From NCBI GenBank assembly GCA_965249485.1, contig OZ252239.1, positions 352,001 through 416,000 on the forward strand: a stretch of DNA of 64,000 bases. Direction: 5' to 3'. The translations under genes were made by a program, and so were the position numbers. This DNA comes from a bacterium. GTDB taxonomy: Bacteria > SM23-31. Positions 19,858-29,150 of this stretch are shown here, piece by piece. How positions within the stretch are numbered: the stretch's first letter is position 1; each line of letters opens with the position of its first letter. The notes under the pieces were generated by a model that ran no database searches, was not told the DNA's origin, and saw only the letters and a list, made by a program, of their open reading frames with translations.

Positions 19858-21591
19858 TTATTGGGCTTGCTTTACTGCATCTACCTGTTTTTCTTCAACG
19901 TCGCTAGATTCGTTTTTATCGTCATTAATCCGAACCTGTTGTTCTTCACTCTCATCACTTCCTAAAAATATCGAGAACAGTTTTTTGATAAATTCTATAA
20001 GCCAGCTCAATATTCCAACATTGAACCGATACTCTTCTCGAATTTTCTGCGCAACGTCGATATTTCCCTGATCGATCAGTGTATTATACTCATCACGGGC
20101 AACAGAATCGGTATATTTTTTTGTCAATTTGTGTTTTTTCCTCAGGACTCCGGCTTTTTTATATTCTTTTCTCCGCATGAGGTCTTCCCACACAAGCCGC
20201 GCGGCATCTCTAACTTCGGGAGAATCAATATCGAAAATTAAACCGATATTAGCGGCAGTTTCCTGATAACCGCTACGACGGCACTGTTCGAATGCGCTTT
20301 GGGCAGCTGCTTTTATCTCAAATTGGTCCGTCTGAACATGAAACTTTGATACTATGTCGACAGCGCGTTCATACGATCCTGATGTAAGTGAATTGATTAC
20401 AGCATCCGATACGACTTTCTCAATTTCGGGCTGTGGAATATTGTATTCATTGATGATACTGTTCCCAAGTTTTGTCTCTCCGCTTTCGATGAGTCGCGTC
20501 AATTCGACAATTACTGCGTTCTGGACCGCAACAATGCTGTCAGCATTACTCAAGGTTCCCAGAAGGTCATAATCTTTCTTCACTTTAATTGCGAGTGATA
20601 TATTTCCGTTTTTGAGATATTTGTTATGATAGTCGACCGCCTGATTAAATATCTCTCTAAGAATTTTATCAGGAGTAGTTGATTCCAATAGATTCAGCTC
20701 ACTCTTGAACCATACGGCGTTATCATATCTGTTCTCTTCAAAAAGAAGTTGATGAATCTCTTTTGCCAGATTGTACGTAAACACAACAAGATCACGAAGA
20801 GTGTGATTGGCAATTTCCTTAATGAGCACTCCTAGTCCATGAATCAGTTCAACAACTTGTTGAAAGTCGGCAGACCGAATCTGCTGCCGAATAAAATCTT
20901 CAGTTGCTCGTATCAGGGAACGGCCGTCTTCATCACCAATATGTGTGAAGCCGGAATCGTTAAATATACGAAATTCATCTTCAACGCGGACCATCATTTC
21001 ATAATCTTTGTGCTCCATTGCTTTCCGGAATGCACGTGATGCAGTAATTGCAGTTTTTCGCGCGGACATGCCAAATTCCCGGCTGAGGAGGGCCGCTTCA
21101 AAGTATTTTTCATCTTTAACTGCTTCGTCATACCCTTTTTGCCAGATGTTACCTATCTGATTTTCGGATATTGAATATTTATGTTTAATTTCCAGAGCAA
21201 GGGCAACATTTTTGTTTAAGATCGCGCTTTCGATACCTCTAATTGCGGCACGGGTGATCTCGTAATCGGGAAGATGGTTTACCAGTGCCCAGTCGATCGC
21301 CTTTTCAATATCCCCGGTGGTGATGATATGCCTGAATTCCATATAAATAGTATCGTTAATCTTGTCAATTGGCAGATCATAACTTCGGGCAAGCTCAATG
21401 GCGTTCAAATATTTGTGTTCGGATACAAAGGAGTCGAATACCGTATTAACAATAGACGCAACCGCCTGAGGTGGAATCATTTGTTCCCGCTCAATGACTT
21501 TTGCAGCATCGATATTAGATTCAAGCAGTTCTTTTCTTATTGCAGCAACTGCCAGCCCTTCCTGGGCATTTCGTTCTTCTTGTGTCGTCAT
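19858..21591 (-). CDS. Hypothetical alpha-solenoid protein with about 14 helical repeats and a C-terminal amphipathic helix
   Basis: 577-aa ORF; recurring motif (G/K)xxxxAxxIxxx(Y/F)x(L/I) at a mostly 34-aa period; ends VGILSWLIEFIKKLFSIFLG plus an acidic tail. Confidence 0.85.
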   Translation of the reverse strand: MTTQEERNAQEGLAVAAIRKELLESNIDAAKVIEREQMIPPQAVASIVNTVFDSFVSEHKYLNAIELARSYDLPIDKINDTIYMEFRHIITTGDIEKAIDWALVNHLPDYEITRAAIRGIESAILNKNVALALEIKHKYSISENQIGNIWQKGYDEAVKDEKYFEAALLSREFGMSARKTAITASRAFRKAMEHKDYEMMVRVEDEFRIFNDSGFTHIGDEDGRSLIRATEDFIRQQIRSADFQQVVELIHGLGVLIKEIANHTLRDLVVFTYNLAKEIHQLLFEENRYDNAVWFKSELNLLESTTPDKILREIFNQAVDYHNKYLKNGNISLAIKVKKDYDLLGTLSNADSIVAVQNAVIVELTRLIESGETKLGNSIINEYNIPQPEIEKVVSDAVINSLTSGSYERAVDIVSKFHVQTDQFEIKAAAQSAFEQCRRSGYQETAANIGLIFDIDSPEVRDAARLVWEDLMRRKEYKKAGVLRKKHKLTKKYTDSVARDEYNTLIDQGNIDVAQKIREEYRFNVGILSWLIEFIKKLFSIFLGSDESEEQQVRINDDKNESSDVEEKQVDAVKQAQ

Positions 21592-21820
21592 GAAGTTTGT
21601 TTACAAATGATATTTATGGGCTTTCTCTTTAATGTTCATATCTGTTGAGCTCCATATCTTTTATCGGAACAGTATCACATTTACTTCATCATACGGACAC
21701 TCAAAAAATCTTTTAATCATCTGCATAATCGGTTCATTTATAAAGATTTCATTAAATTTTTGTTGATTTTTGTATAATATTTGTTATATTTATAGTTTAC
21801 TTTAAATAAAAGAAACCATT

Positions 21821-22075
21821 ATGGCACATCACAAATCAGCAAAAAAAAGGATAGTACTCAGCAAGATTCAGAATCAAAGGAATCAGGCTATTCGGTCAAC
21901 ATACAAAACTGCGATTAAACGTGTTCTGGACAGTGATTCGAAAGAGACGGCGACAGAAGCTTTTCGAAATGCGGAATCGGTAATCGATAAAGCGACAAAC
22001 AGAAATATCGTTCATAAAAATCGTGCTGCGCGTAAGAAGGCGCAATTAGCTGAGTTTGTCAACAATATAGCATAG
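21821..22075 (+). CDS. rpsT: 30S ribosomal protein S20
   Basis: MAHHKSAKKRI...RN...S.YKTAIK...IDKA....VHKNRAARKKAQL. Confidence 0.97.
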   Translation: MAHHKSAKKRIVLSKIQNQRNQAIRSTYKTAIKRVLDSDSKETATEAFRNAESVIDKATNRNIVHKNRAARKKAQLAEFVNNIA

Positions 22076-22094
22076 TTCAAATTTTTCAGAGTTT

Positions 22095-22164
22095 AAACCG
22101 GACGGCACTGGTAGGGTGATATTTCCCCCGATATCCCCTCCGTGATAGCTGATCCGGTTTTTTT
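22095..22164 (+). terminator. Long hairpin with T-run between convergent rpsT and guaB3
   Basis: aaaccgga...tccggttt(tttt) outer stem and agggtgatat/atatcccct inner stem. Confidence 0.55.
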
Positions 22165-22186
22165 CTTCTCAAATTTTCTCCCTTGT

Positions 22187-23347
22187 CTATTTTCCCATTC
22201 CAACATGCTGGGCTTTCTGGAATAATTTCCCTTCAGTTTTGATGGCTGGAGCTATGATTATCTCAGTGCTATGCATTTCCTTAATATTCTTCGCTCCGAG
22301 ATTACCCATTGACGTTCTCAATGCACCGACGAGGTTCTGTGAGCCGTCATCGAGCTCAGCGGGGCCGTAAAGGATCTGCTCCAGTGTTCCCGAAGTTCCG
22401 ACAAAAATACGTGTTCCGCGTGGCAAATTTGCGTGAGGAGTTGCCATACCCCAGTGATAGCCTCTGCCGGGGGCTTCTTCGGTTTTAGCAAATGCCGAAC
22501 CGACCATTACTGCATCTGCTCCACAGGCGATTGCTTTACAAATATCACCTCCCGTTGACATTCCACCGTCGGTAATAATAGGAATATATTTTCCCGTTTT
22601 TACATAAAAGTCATTTCTTGCAGCAGCACTATCGGCAGTTGCTGTCACCTGAGGGACACCTATTCCGAGGACTCCGCGTGTTGTACATGCTGCACCTGGA
22701 CCAATCCCGACAAGCAATGCATCAATTCCAGTTTCCATGAGTGAATACGCAGTCTTATAGGTGACACTGTTCCCTACAATGACAGGGATGTTCATTTTAT
22801 TACAGAATTTTTCAAAATTAAGTGAGGTATATTCGGATGAGAAGTGGATCGGTGTCGTCACAGTCGACTGAACAATGAAAACACTTGCTCCTGCTTCTTC
22901 TGCAATATCACCATACCGATCAGCTTTCTGCGGAATCGAAGAAACGATAGCGGGTGCTCCTGATTTTACAATCTCTTCTATCCGGGTACTGATTAGGTTT
23001 TCGTCAATTTCTTTTAGATAAACATCTTGAAGGAGCTGTGTGGTTGTTTCGTTGTTGGATTGAGTAATTTTATCCAACACTTCTGCTGGATCAGCATACC
23101 GCGTTTGAATACCTTCCAGATTGAGGACTGCCATACCTCCCAGTTTTCCCATGGTTATAGCAAAGCGTGTATCGACAACACCATCCATCGCGGCTGCAAT
23201 AATAGGGACGTCATATTTCTGCCCTTTCAATGTCCACGATGTGTCAACATCATTCGGATTAAATGTTATATCTCCAGGAACAAGAGCAATTTCATCAAAG
23301 CCGTAACAGCGACGTGCTTTTCGGCCTCGACCAACATACATTCCCAT
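22187..23347 (-). CDS. guaB3: GuaB3 family IMP dehydrogenase-related protein (no CBS domain)
   Basis: GRGRKARRCYGFDEIALVP, VGIGPGAACTTR, ITDGG, HWGMATP..NLPRGTRI. Confidence 0.92.
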   Translation of the reverse strand: MGMYVGRGRKARRCYGFDEIALVPGDITFNPNDVDTSWTLKGQKYDVPIIAAAMDGVVDTRFAITMGKLGGMAVLNLEGIQTRYADPAEVLDKITQSNNETTTQLLQDVYLKEIDENLISTRIEEIVKSGAPAIVSSIPQKADRYGDIAEEAGASVFIVQSTVTTPIHFSSEYTSLNFEKFCNKMNIPVIVGNSVTYKTAYSLMETGIDALLVGIGPGAACTTRGVLGIGVPQVTATADSAAARNDFYVKTGKYIPIITDGGMSTGGDICKAIACGADAVMVGSAFAKTEEAPGRGYHWGMATPHANLPRGTRIFVGTSGTLEQILYGPAELDDGSQNLVGALRTSMGNLGAKNIKEMHSTEIIIAPAIKTEGKLFQKAQHVGMGK

Positions 23348-23623
23348 GACAAAAACCTCCTCTAATACCTATATGAGTATAGTATTGAAGTATATCAATA
23401 TAAATTGATTTTATCAATATAATTATTTACAGAAACAGGCTAACCTGCACCGTTGATGTCAGATTTGTAATCGAGTCCTGGAAAGAAATATTGAGTTGAG
23501 AATCCTCCGATTCAACCAGACTAAATTTTTATGAGTTCGATCGAAATGACATTATAAAAGATTGAAATGTCTTAATTTACTCTTTACTATAAATAATGGT
23601 GGAGCAGAAAGAACATTATGCGG

Positions 23624-24412
23624 TTATTCTTCTAAGAGTTTAATCGGCGTACCGGTACCACACGCAAAATATTCCGAAGCGGAACAAACATTGCAGGCGA
23701 TCTCTAGAAAGCCTGTACTGGAAATCAGCATCAAAGGAGATCCCTGCGGAACAGATGCGTATAAGTTTTGTAATCCATTGATCGTTTTCCCGTTCAGAAT
23801 TGCCATGCATGATGAAGTCAGACCAGCGGTTTTTAAATCGTTTCTGCTGATATTTGTAATCAGATTACCAAACCGGTCCTGATAAACTATCGAACCTGCA
23901 ATATGGCTCGGATTAACAACTGGATCTTCGATGAGTTCCATTACAGGTGTTTCGATGAGTTCACCGAAGTTGGAAACCTGGCTCCCTGCCGACAGATGTG
24001 CGGCAATCGGAGCAAATATATCGCGCCCGTGAAACGTCTGACTGGCAGGTATAAGTTTTTCATGATCTGTGTTGATCCGGTAGATTTCACGCTCCTGTTC
24101 AATCCGATACACCATCGAAAGAACACCATTGTCGGGAGCAAGCAAGGTATAATCCGGCGTTTGTACGGCAAGAATATCACGCTCCGATCCGACACCCGGA
24201 TCGACAACAACAACATGAATGGTCTCTTTTGGAAAATATGCGTATGCCGACTGAAGCACAAACGCTGCCGATTTCAGGTCCCACTGCGGAATATCGTGAG
24301 AGATATCGACAATGGTTACTTCCGGATTAATGCTGAGGATTACCCCCTTCATGGCAGCGGCATACCCATCTTGTGATCCAAAATCGGTCAAAAGTGTTAT
24401 AATCGGCGACAT
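23624..24412 (-). CDS. SAM hydroxide adenosyltransferase / chlorinase-fluorinase family (DUF62)
   Basis: ITLLTDFG..DGY, DISH, VVDPGVGS.R, APDNG, TFHGRDIFAP, DRFGN.ITN. Confidence 0.93.
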   Translation of the reverse strand: MSPIITLLTDFGSQDGYAAAMKGVILSINPEVTIVDISHDIPQWDLKSAAFVLQSAYAYFPKETIHVVVVDPGVGSERDILAVQTPDYTLLAPDNGVLSMVYRIEQEREIYRINTDHEKLIPASQTFHGRDIFAPIAAHLSAGSQVSNFGELIETPVMELIEDPVVNPSHIAGSIVYQDRFGNLITNISRNDLKTAGLTSSCMAILNGKTINGLQNLYASVPQGSPLMLISSTGFLEIACNVCSASEYFACGTGTPIKLLEE

Positions 24413-24423
24413 AATTAATGTTC

Positions 24424-25419
24424 TCAGAACTTTTCTCTCAGCCAGGGCATTTTTTTGCGCATCTCATTACTGACCTCTTCGATCGGGTGCGCTTGCGAAA
24501 CATAACGGAGAGCATTAAACACTTTTGATCCGGAGTTGTGTTCATCTATCCACCGTTTTGCGAAGGTCCCGTCCCGGATATCCCGCAGAACAGACTGCAT
24601 TGCTTCCCGTGAACGTTCACCCACAACGCGCGGCCCTGAAAGATACTCTCCGTACTCTGCCGTATTACTGATCCGACGGTTCATTTCGCCAAGCCCTTCC
24701 TTATAGAACAGGTCGATTATCGGTTTTATTTCGTGGAGACATTCGAAAAAAGCAATTTCAGGCTGATATCCTGCCAGAACGAGCGTATCAAATGCCGCCT
24801 TGATGAGTTCGACAATTCCGCCACAGAGAACGGATTGCTCACCGAACAAATTGGTAACGGTTTCTTCCTCGACCGTTGAATCCATGACACCTGCACGGGT
24901 CCCGCCGATACCTCTGGCATAGGCAAGTGCGTACTGCAGCGCTTTCCCGGAAGCATTTTGATGGACCGCAACAAGGTTCGGAAACCCGAATCCGTTCCGA
25001 AAATTTTCCCGGACAAGGTATCCAATACATTTCGGCGAATTCAGAACAACATCGATTGTTTCCGGCGGCTTTATGTAACCAAAATGGATGCAGAAACCGT
25101 GTGCGAAACCAAGAATGTTACCTTTCGCGAGAAACGGTTTAATCGATTGTTCGTATACCTCCGGCTGCAATTCATCGGGAGTAAGGAGCATAATATAATC
25201 CGCACGTTCGGCTGTTGTCTCGACAGACTCGACAGTGAGACCTTCATCACGGGCAATTTTCCGGTTCGGACTTTTATCACGAAGACCGACAATGACATCC
25301 AAACCACTCTCTTTGAGATTGAGAGCGTGAGCTTTTCCCTGATTACCGTATCCGATTATTCCGATAGTTTTATCGTGCAGAATTTCTATCGGAGCATCGT
25401 TGTCATAATAGTATTTCAT
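24424..25419 (-). CDS. ilvC: Ketol-acid reductoisomerase (class I) homolog with a divergent active site; possibly a ketopantoate reductase
   Basis: IGYGNQGKAHALNL, FAHGF, LFGEQ.VLCGG, FECLHE, ISNTAEYG. Has TN(190)LFGEQ and SPKCIG in place of TDLFGEQ and APKGPG. Confidence 0.88.
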   Translation of the reverse strand: MKYYYDNDAPIEILHDKTIGIIGYGNQGKAHALNLKESGLDVIVGLRDKSPNRKIARDEGLTVESVETTAERADYIMLLTPDELQPEVYEQSIKPFLAKGNILGFAHGFCIHFGYIKPPETIDVVLNSPKCIGYLVRENFRNGFGFPNLVAVHQNASGKALQYALAYARGIGGTRAGVMDSTVEEETVTNLFGEQSVLCGGIVELIKAAFDTLVLAGYQPEIAFFECLHEIKPIIDLFYKEGLGEMNRRISNTAEYGEYLSGPRVVGERSREAMQSVLRDIRDGTFAKRWIDEHNSGSKVFNALRYVSQAHPIEEVSNEMRKKMPWLREKF

Positions 25420-25486
25420 GAATGATCATCTATAGTTGGGTATGCGAATTAGTCAATACAACTATACCGAGAAATTTGTTTAGGAA

Positions 25487-26317
25487 TCATTTCTGAGAAT
25501 AGCTCTCGTCCTCGGAGGGGAAATTACCAGATTTTACATCTTTGATATATGAATCGAAAGCATCGCGCAGAGATTCAGCAAGATGGGCATACTTTCGTAA
25601 AAATTTTGGAGTGAATTCGTTATTCAGTCCGAGCATATCGTGCGAGACGAGAATCTGTCCGTCACAATGCCGTCCGGCGCCGATACCGATTGTCGGTATC
25701 GAGACAGACCGTGTAACTTCTTGTGCAAGCTCTTCCGGGACTTTTTCTAGTACAATGGAAAACACACCTGCATCTTCAAGCATCTGAGCATCGGTTATGA
25801 TCCGCTTCTGTTCCTCTTTTTCCTTGCCGCGTACTCCGTAATTTCCGAAAGAGTGTATCGATTGTGGTGTCAGACCGAGATGCCCCATGACTGGAATCCC
25901 GTAACCGACAAGCTTTTCAACAATATCAACAACCTGCCTGCCCCCTTCTACCTTTACACCTTCTGCACCCGCTTTTAGAAACAGCCCTGCATTTTTAACA
26001 GCATCATTGACACCACATTGGTAGGAAAGAAACGGCATATCGGTGATCAGGAGTGCGTTTTTTACTCCCTTACTTACCGCACGTGTGTGATATATCATTT
26101 CTTCAACTGATACAGGGAGGGTCGTATCGTACCCTGCAACTATATTTCCCGCCGAATCGCCGACAAGAATGAGGTCTATACCGCTCGCATCAAGTATCTT
26201 TGCCATAAGATAATCGTAAGCGGTTAGCGAAGCGATTTTGTCGCCACTCCCTTTCTTGGCTTTGATAGTTTCGACCGTGTTTTTTTTTGAATCCAAAAAG
26301 TTGTTCTGAAAATTCAT
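25487..26317 (-). CDS. panB: 3-methyl-2-oxobutanoate hydroxymethyltransferase (start uncertain)
   Basis: LTAYD, ILVGDS, DMPFLSY, VKVEGG, GHLGLTPQS, IGIGAG..CDGQILV. Confidence 0.97.
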   Translation of the reverse strand: MNFQNNFLDSKKNTVETIKAKKGSGDKIASLTAYDYLMAKILDASGIDLILVGDSAGNIVAGYDTTLPVSVEEMIYHTRAVSKGVKNALLITDMPFLSYQCGVNDAVKNAGLFLKAGAEGVKVEGGRQVVDIVEKLVGYGIPVMGHLGLTPQSIHSFGNYGVRGKEKEEQKRIITDAQMLEDAGVFSIVLEKVPEELAQEVTRSVSIPTIGIGAGRHCDGQILVSHDMLGLNNEFTPKFLRKYAHLAESLRDAFDSYIKDVKSGNFPSEDESYSQK

Positions 26318-26338
26318 ACTGTAACTCTGCACAAATTA

Positions 26339-27454
26339 TTAAGCTTTTTTTCTCGAAATGATTCCACCGCCTACAACCCTATCCTTCTTGTAAAATACAA
26401 CCGACTGGCCAGGTGTTACCGCCCTGACAGGCTGGTCGAATGCTACTGTGACTTTTTTTGATCCGACCGGGCTGATTATAGCATCGGTGCCCGGATCTCC
26501 GTAGCGAATTTTAACCGTGACCCGGAAATCATCCCCCGAAGGTATTCCGTTGATCCAGTTCATTGAATCAGCCTCAAGTGAATCGGACAATAAATCATTC
26601 ACATCACCGACAACAACCACATTTTCTTCAGTATGGATGGTGTTAACATAAACCGGTTTACCAACTGCGATTCCGAGACCTTTCCGCTGTCCGATCGTGT
26701 AGTTGTGAAAACCCGGATGTTTCCCAAGCAGATTTCCTTCGGAATCTCTGATTTCACCTTTTGACGCAGCGATATCTTCCCGTTCCATCCGCTCCTCAAC
26801 ATACCGCCGGTAATTATTGTCGGGAATAAAGCAGATTTCCTGGCTTTCCGCCGTATGCGCTGTTGCAAGACCATAGCGTAGAGCAAGTTCGCGGACTTTC
26901 TTCTTCGTTAACCCACCGAGTGGGAACAACGTGTATGATAATTGCTCGCCATCGAGACCCCACAAAAAATAGGATTGGTCTTTTGAATTGTCAACACCTC
27001 GCCTGAGCGTATAATGCCCAGATGCATCGTCCTTCACAACCCGTGCATAATGGCCGGTTGCAATATAATCTGCTCCGAACACATTCTTCTTTCTGACAAG
27101 CGGTTTCCATTTTATATAGGTATTACAACGGACACAAGGATTCGGTGTCATACCCTCCACATATTGTCGGTAGAAATCTTGTTTGACCTGCTTTTGAAAA
27201 ATCTCCCTGAAATCGACCACATAGTGGGGTACATTGAGCTGGCTACACACGTTTCGCGCGCGGGACGACATTTCGATCGAACAGCACGGTCGGTCAGGGA
27301 GAGCGTGGTCTTCTTCATCGCTCTCGTCGGTCAACCGCATCGTGATGCCGATAACATCATACCCCTGTTCAAGTAACAGGGCAGCCGTGACTGAGCTGTC
27401 AACTCCGCCGCTCATTGCGACAAGGACCATTTTCTTATTCTTCTTATGCTTCAT
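26339..27454 (-). CDS. mnmA: tRNA 2-thiouridine(34) synthase, CXXC type
   Basis: AMSGGVDSS, TPNPCVRCN, ATGHYA, KDQSYFL, ESQEICF, YTIGQRKGL, TPGQ. Confidence 0.97.
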   Translation of the reverse strand: MKHKKNKKMVLVAMSGGVDSSVTAALLLEQGYDVIGITMRLTDESDEEDHALPDRPCCSIEMSSRARNVCSQLNVPHYVVDFREIFQKQVKQDFYRQYVEGMTPNPCVRCNTYIKWKPLVRKKNVFGADYIATGHYARVVKDDASGHYTLRRGVDNSKDQSYFLWGLDGEQLSYTLFPLGGLTKKKVRELALRYGLATAHTAESQEICFIPDNNYRRYVEERMEREDIAASKGEIRDSEGNLLGKHPGFHNYTIGQRKGLGIAVGKPVYVNTIHTEENVVVVGDVNDLLSDSLEADSMNWINGIPSGDDFRVTVKIRYGDPGTDAIISPVGSKKVTVAFDQPVRAVTPGQSVVFYKKDRVVGGGIISRKKA

Positions 27455-27460
27455 ATTAAT

Positions 27461-28624
27461 CTACGCAAAATCTTCTTCCAATGTACGCACACGGTCTACG
27501 ACATCCTTGAGAATAACGCCTGCTTGATCGATTTCAGCACGGGATGTCCACCTGCCGAGGGTAAATCTGATTGCCGATTGCGCATATTCCGGTGGCAATT
27601 TGAGCGCTTCGATAACGTGCGACGGTTCTATGCTACCCGCCTCACACGCAGAACCCGCTGAAGCAGCCACACCGTGCAGATCGAGACTAAGGAGGATCGA
27701 TTCACCGTCAGTATCCTTAAAAGATACATTCAGATTACCAGGAAGCCGAAATTCATGTGTGCCGTTTAGCCTGACATCGGGAATCGTATTCTTTATCTGT
27801 TTCCAGAAATAGTCCCGCAGCTCCCGTAAATTTGCCGATTCAGAATCCATCTCCTGTTTACAGACTGAAGCTGCAGTACCAAAACCGACAATCGCAGCAA
27901 CATTTTCTGTACCTGCCCGCTTGTTCCGTTCCTGTCCTCCACCAAACGCCAGCTTTTCAACCGGTATCCCCTTACGGATGTAGAGCGCTCCTACACCTTT
28001 CGGTCCGTAAATTTTGTGGCTCGATAGCGAAAGCATATCAATACACATGGTGTTGACATCAACAGGAATTTTGCCGAATGATTGGACGCAATCGCTGTGA
28101 AATACCGCACTTTTTTCTTTTACATGTTTCCCGATGGTTTCAATGTCGTTGATAGCACCAATCTCATTATTGACATGCATAATCGATACGAGTAGTGTTG
28201 TATCGGTCATTGCTTCACGCAACTTGTCAACTGAAATAGTACCGTCTGGTTCCAGCGTCAAATAGGTGACGGTGAATCCGCTATCCTCCAGATACCGGCA
28301 GGCATTTAGTACCGCCGGATGTTCAGCTACACACGTGACGATGTGATTACCTTTGTCTTTATTCTTCAGACAATGGCCGATCAAAGCCAGATTATCGGCT
28401 TCAGTCCCGCCGCTGGTGAAATAAATTTCATCAGGTTGCGCTTTCAGTAATAGTGCAATGGATTCGCGCGCTTTTTCAAGTCCTTCTTTTGCATCGCGGC
28501 CAAAGCCGTGGACACTCGATGCATTTCCAAACTTTTCGCGAAAAAAAGGTACCATGGCTTCAAACACCCGCTTGTCAACAGGAGTCGTCGCACTATAATC
28601 GAGATAGATATGTTGTAATTTCAT
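27461..28624 (-). CDS. iscS: Cysteine desulfurase, IscS/NifS type
   Basis: YLDYSATTP, GNASS.H, FTSGGTE, SSHKIYGPKG (PLP lysine), SAGSAC catalytic cysteine. Confidence 0.95.
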   Translation of the reverse strand: MKLQHIYLDYSATTPVDKRVFEAMVPFFREKFGNASSVHGFGRDAKEGLEKARESIALLLKAQPDEIYFTSGGTEADNLALIGHCLKNKDKGNHIVTCVAEHPAVLNACRYLEDSGFTVTYLTLEPDGTISVDKLREAMTDTTLLVSIMHVNNEIGAINDIETIGKHVKEKSAVFHSDCVQSFGKIPVDVNTMCIDMLSLSSHKIYGPKGVGALYIRKGIPVEKLAFGGGQERNKRAGTENVAAIVGFGTAASVCKQEMDSESANLRELRDYFWKQIKNTIPDVRLNGTHEFRLPGNLNVSFKDTDGESILLSLDLHGVAASAGSACEAGSIEPSHVIEALKLPPEYAQSAIRFTLGRWTSRAEIDQAGVILKDVVDRVRTLEEDFA

Positions 28625-28690
28625 AGATATTTATATCTATATTGTTCAGTTTTATTTATATGTTCACCATTCACACAATCTGCTGAAAAT

Positions 28691-28808
28691 GATTATTACG
28701 ACACTTCACTCCTCGCAATGACAGTAAGGTATTATTCTATAGTATCGCAACAGAATGTCATTTCGACCGGTGTGCCGATTCAAATTCGGCACATAGCGTA
28801 GAAATCTC
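28691..28808. repeat. Degenerate REP-like intergenic palindromic elements
   Basis: gattattacgacacttcactcctcgcaatgaca, and tgtcatttcgacc-[tgtgccga-N7-tcggcaca]-...gaaatct. These resemble the GTCATT.CGA...AATCT and GATT...CGCAATGAC intergenic repeat families I recall from other genomes. Confidence 0.55.
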
Positions 28809-29150
28809 TATGCTTTTATCCGCTAGCATGTAGACACTAAATCATAAATTCTCAAAATTTATTTTGAGGAAACATCCAGGAAAAATAGTTACTTCTTTTT
28901 GGTAATTCGTGAAAAAACAACATTCTATCGGATATTATTATCCGTCAAGAAAGTGAGAAAAAATATAACATTACCAGTACTAAGAAGCAAGGAGATAATA
29001 CCCATACTATGACCGTCCGGAACTACTGGAAATTTCGCAACATTGCATCTTTAAAGCTATATTTTTCTAATGAGCGGATGATTATACTGCATTTTTCCTC
29101 AATTATTACTATAATTCGGCCGATACTTTGGATAGAATAAGGAGAATTTT

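Noticed and set aside
23624..24412. True fluorinase or chlorinase (halometabolite pathway)
   Set aside because: Housekeeping context and the Asp/Arg/His motifs typical of DUF62 SAM hydrolases; no biosynthetic cluster nearby.
29099..29126. Sigma-28-like TCAA-N16-GCCGATAC before the NolW-domain gene
   Set aside because: An overlapping CTGCAT-N17-TATAAT sigma-70 match explains the region at least as well.
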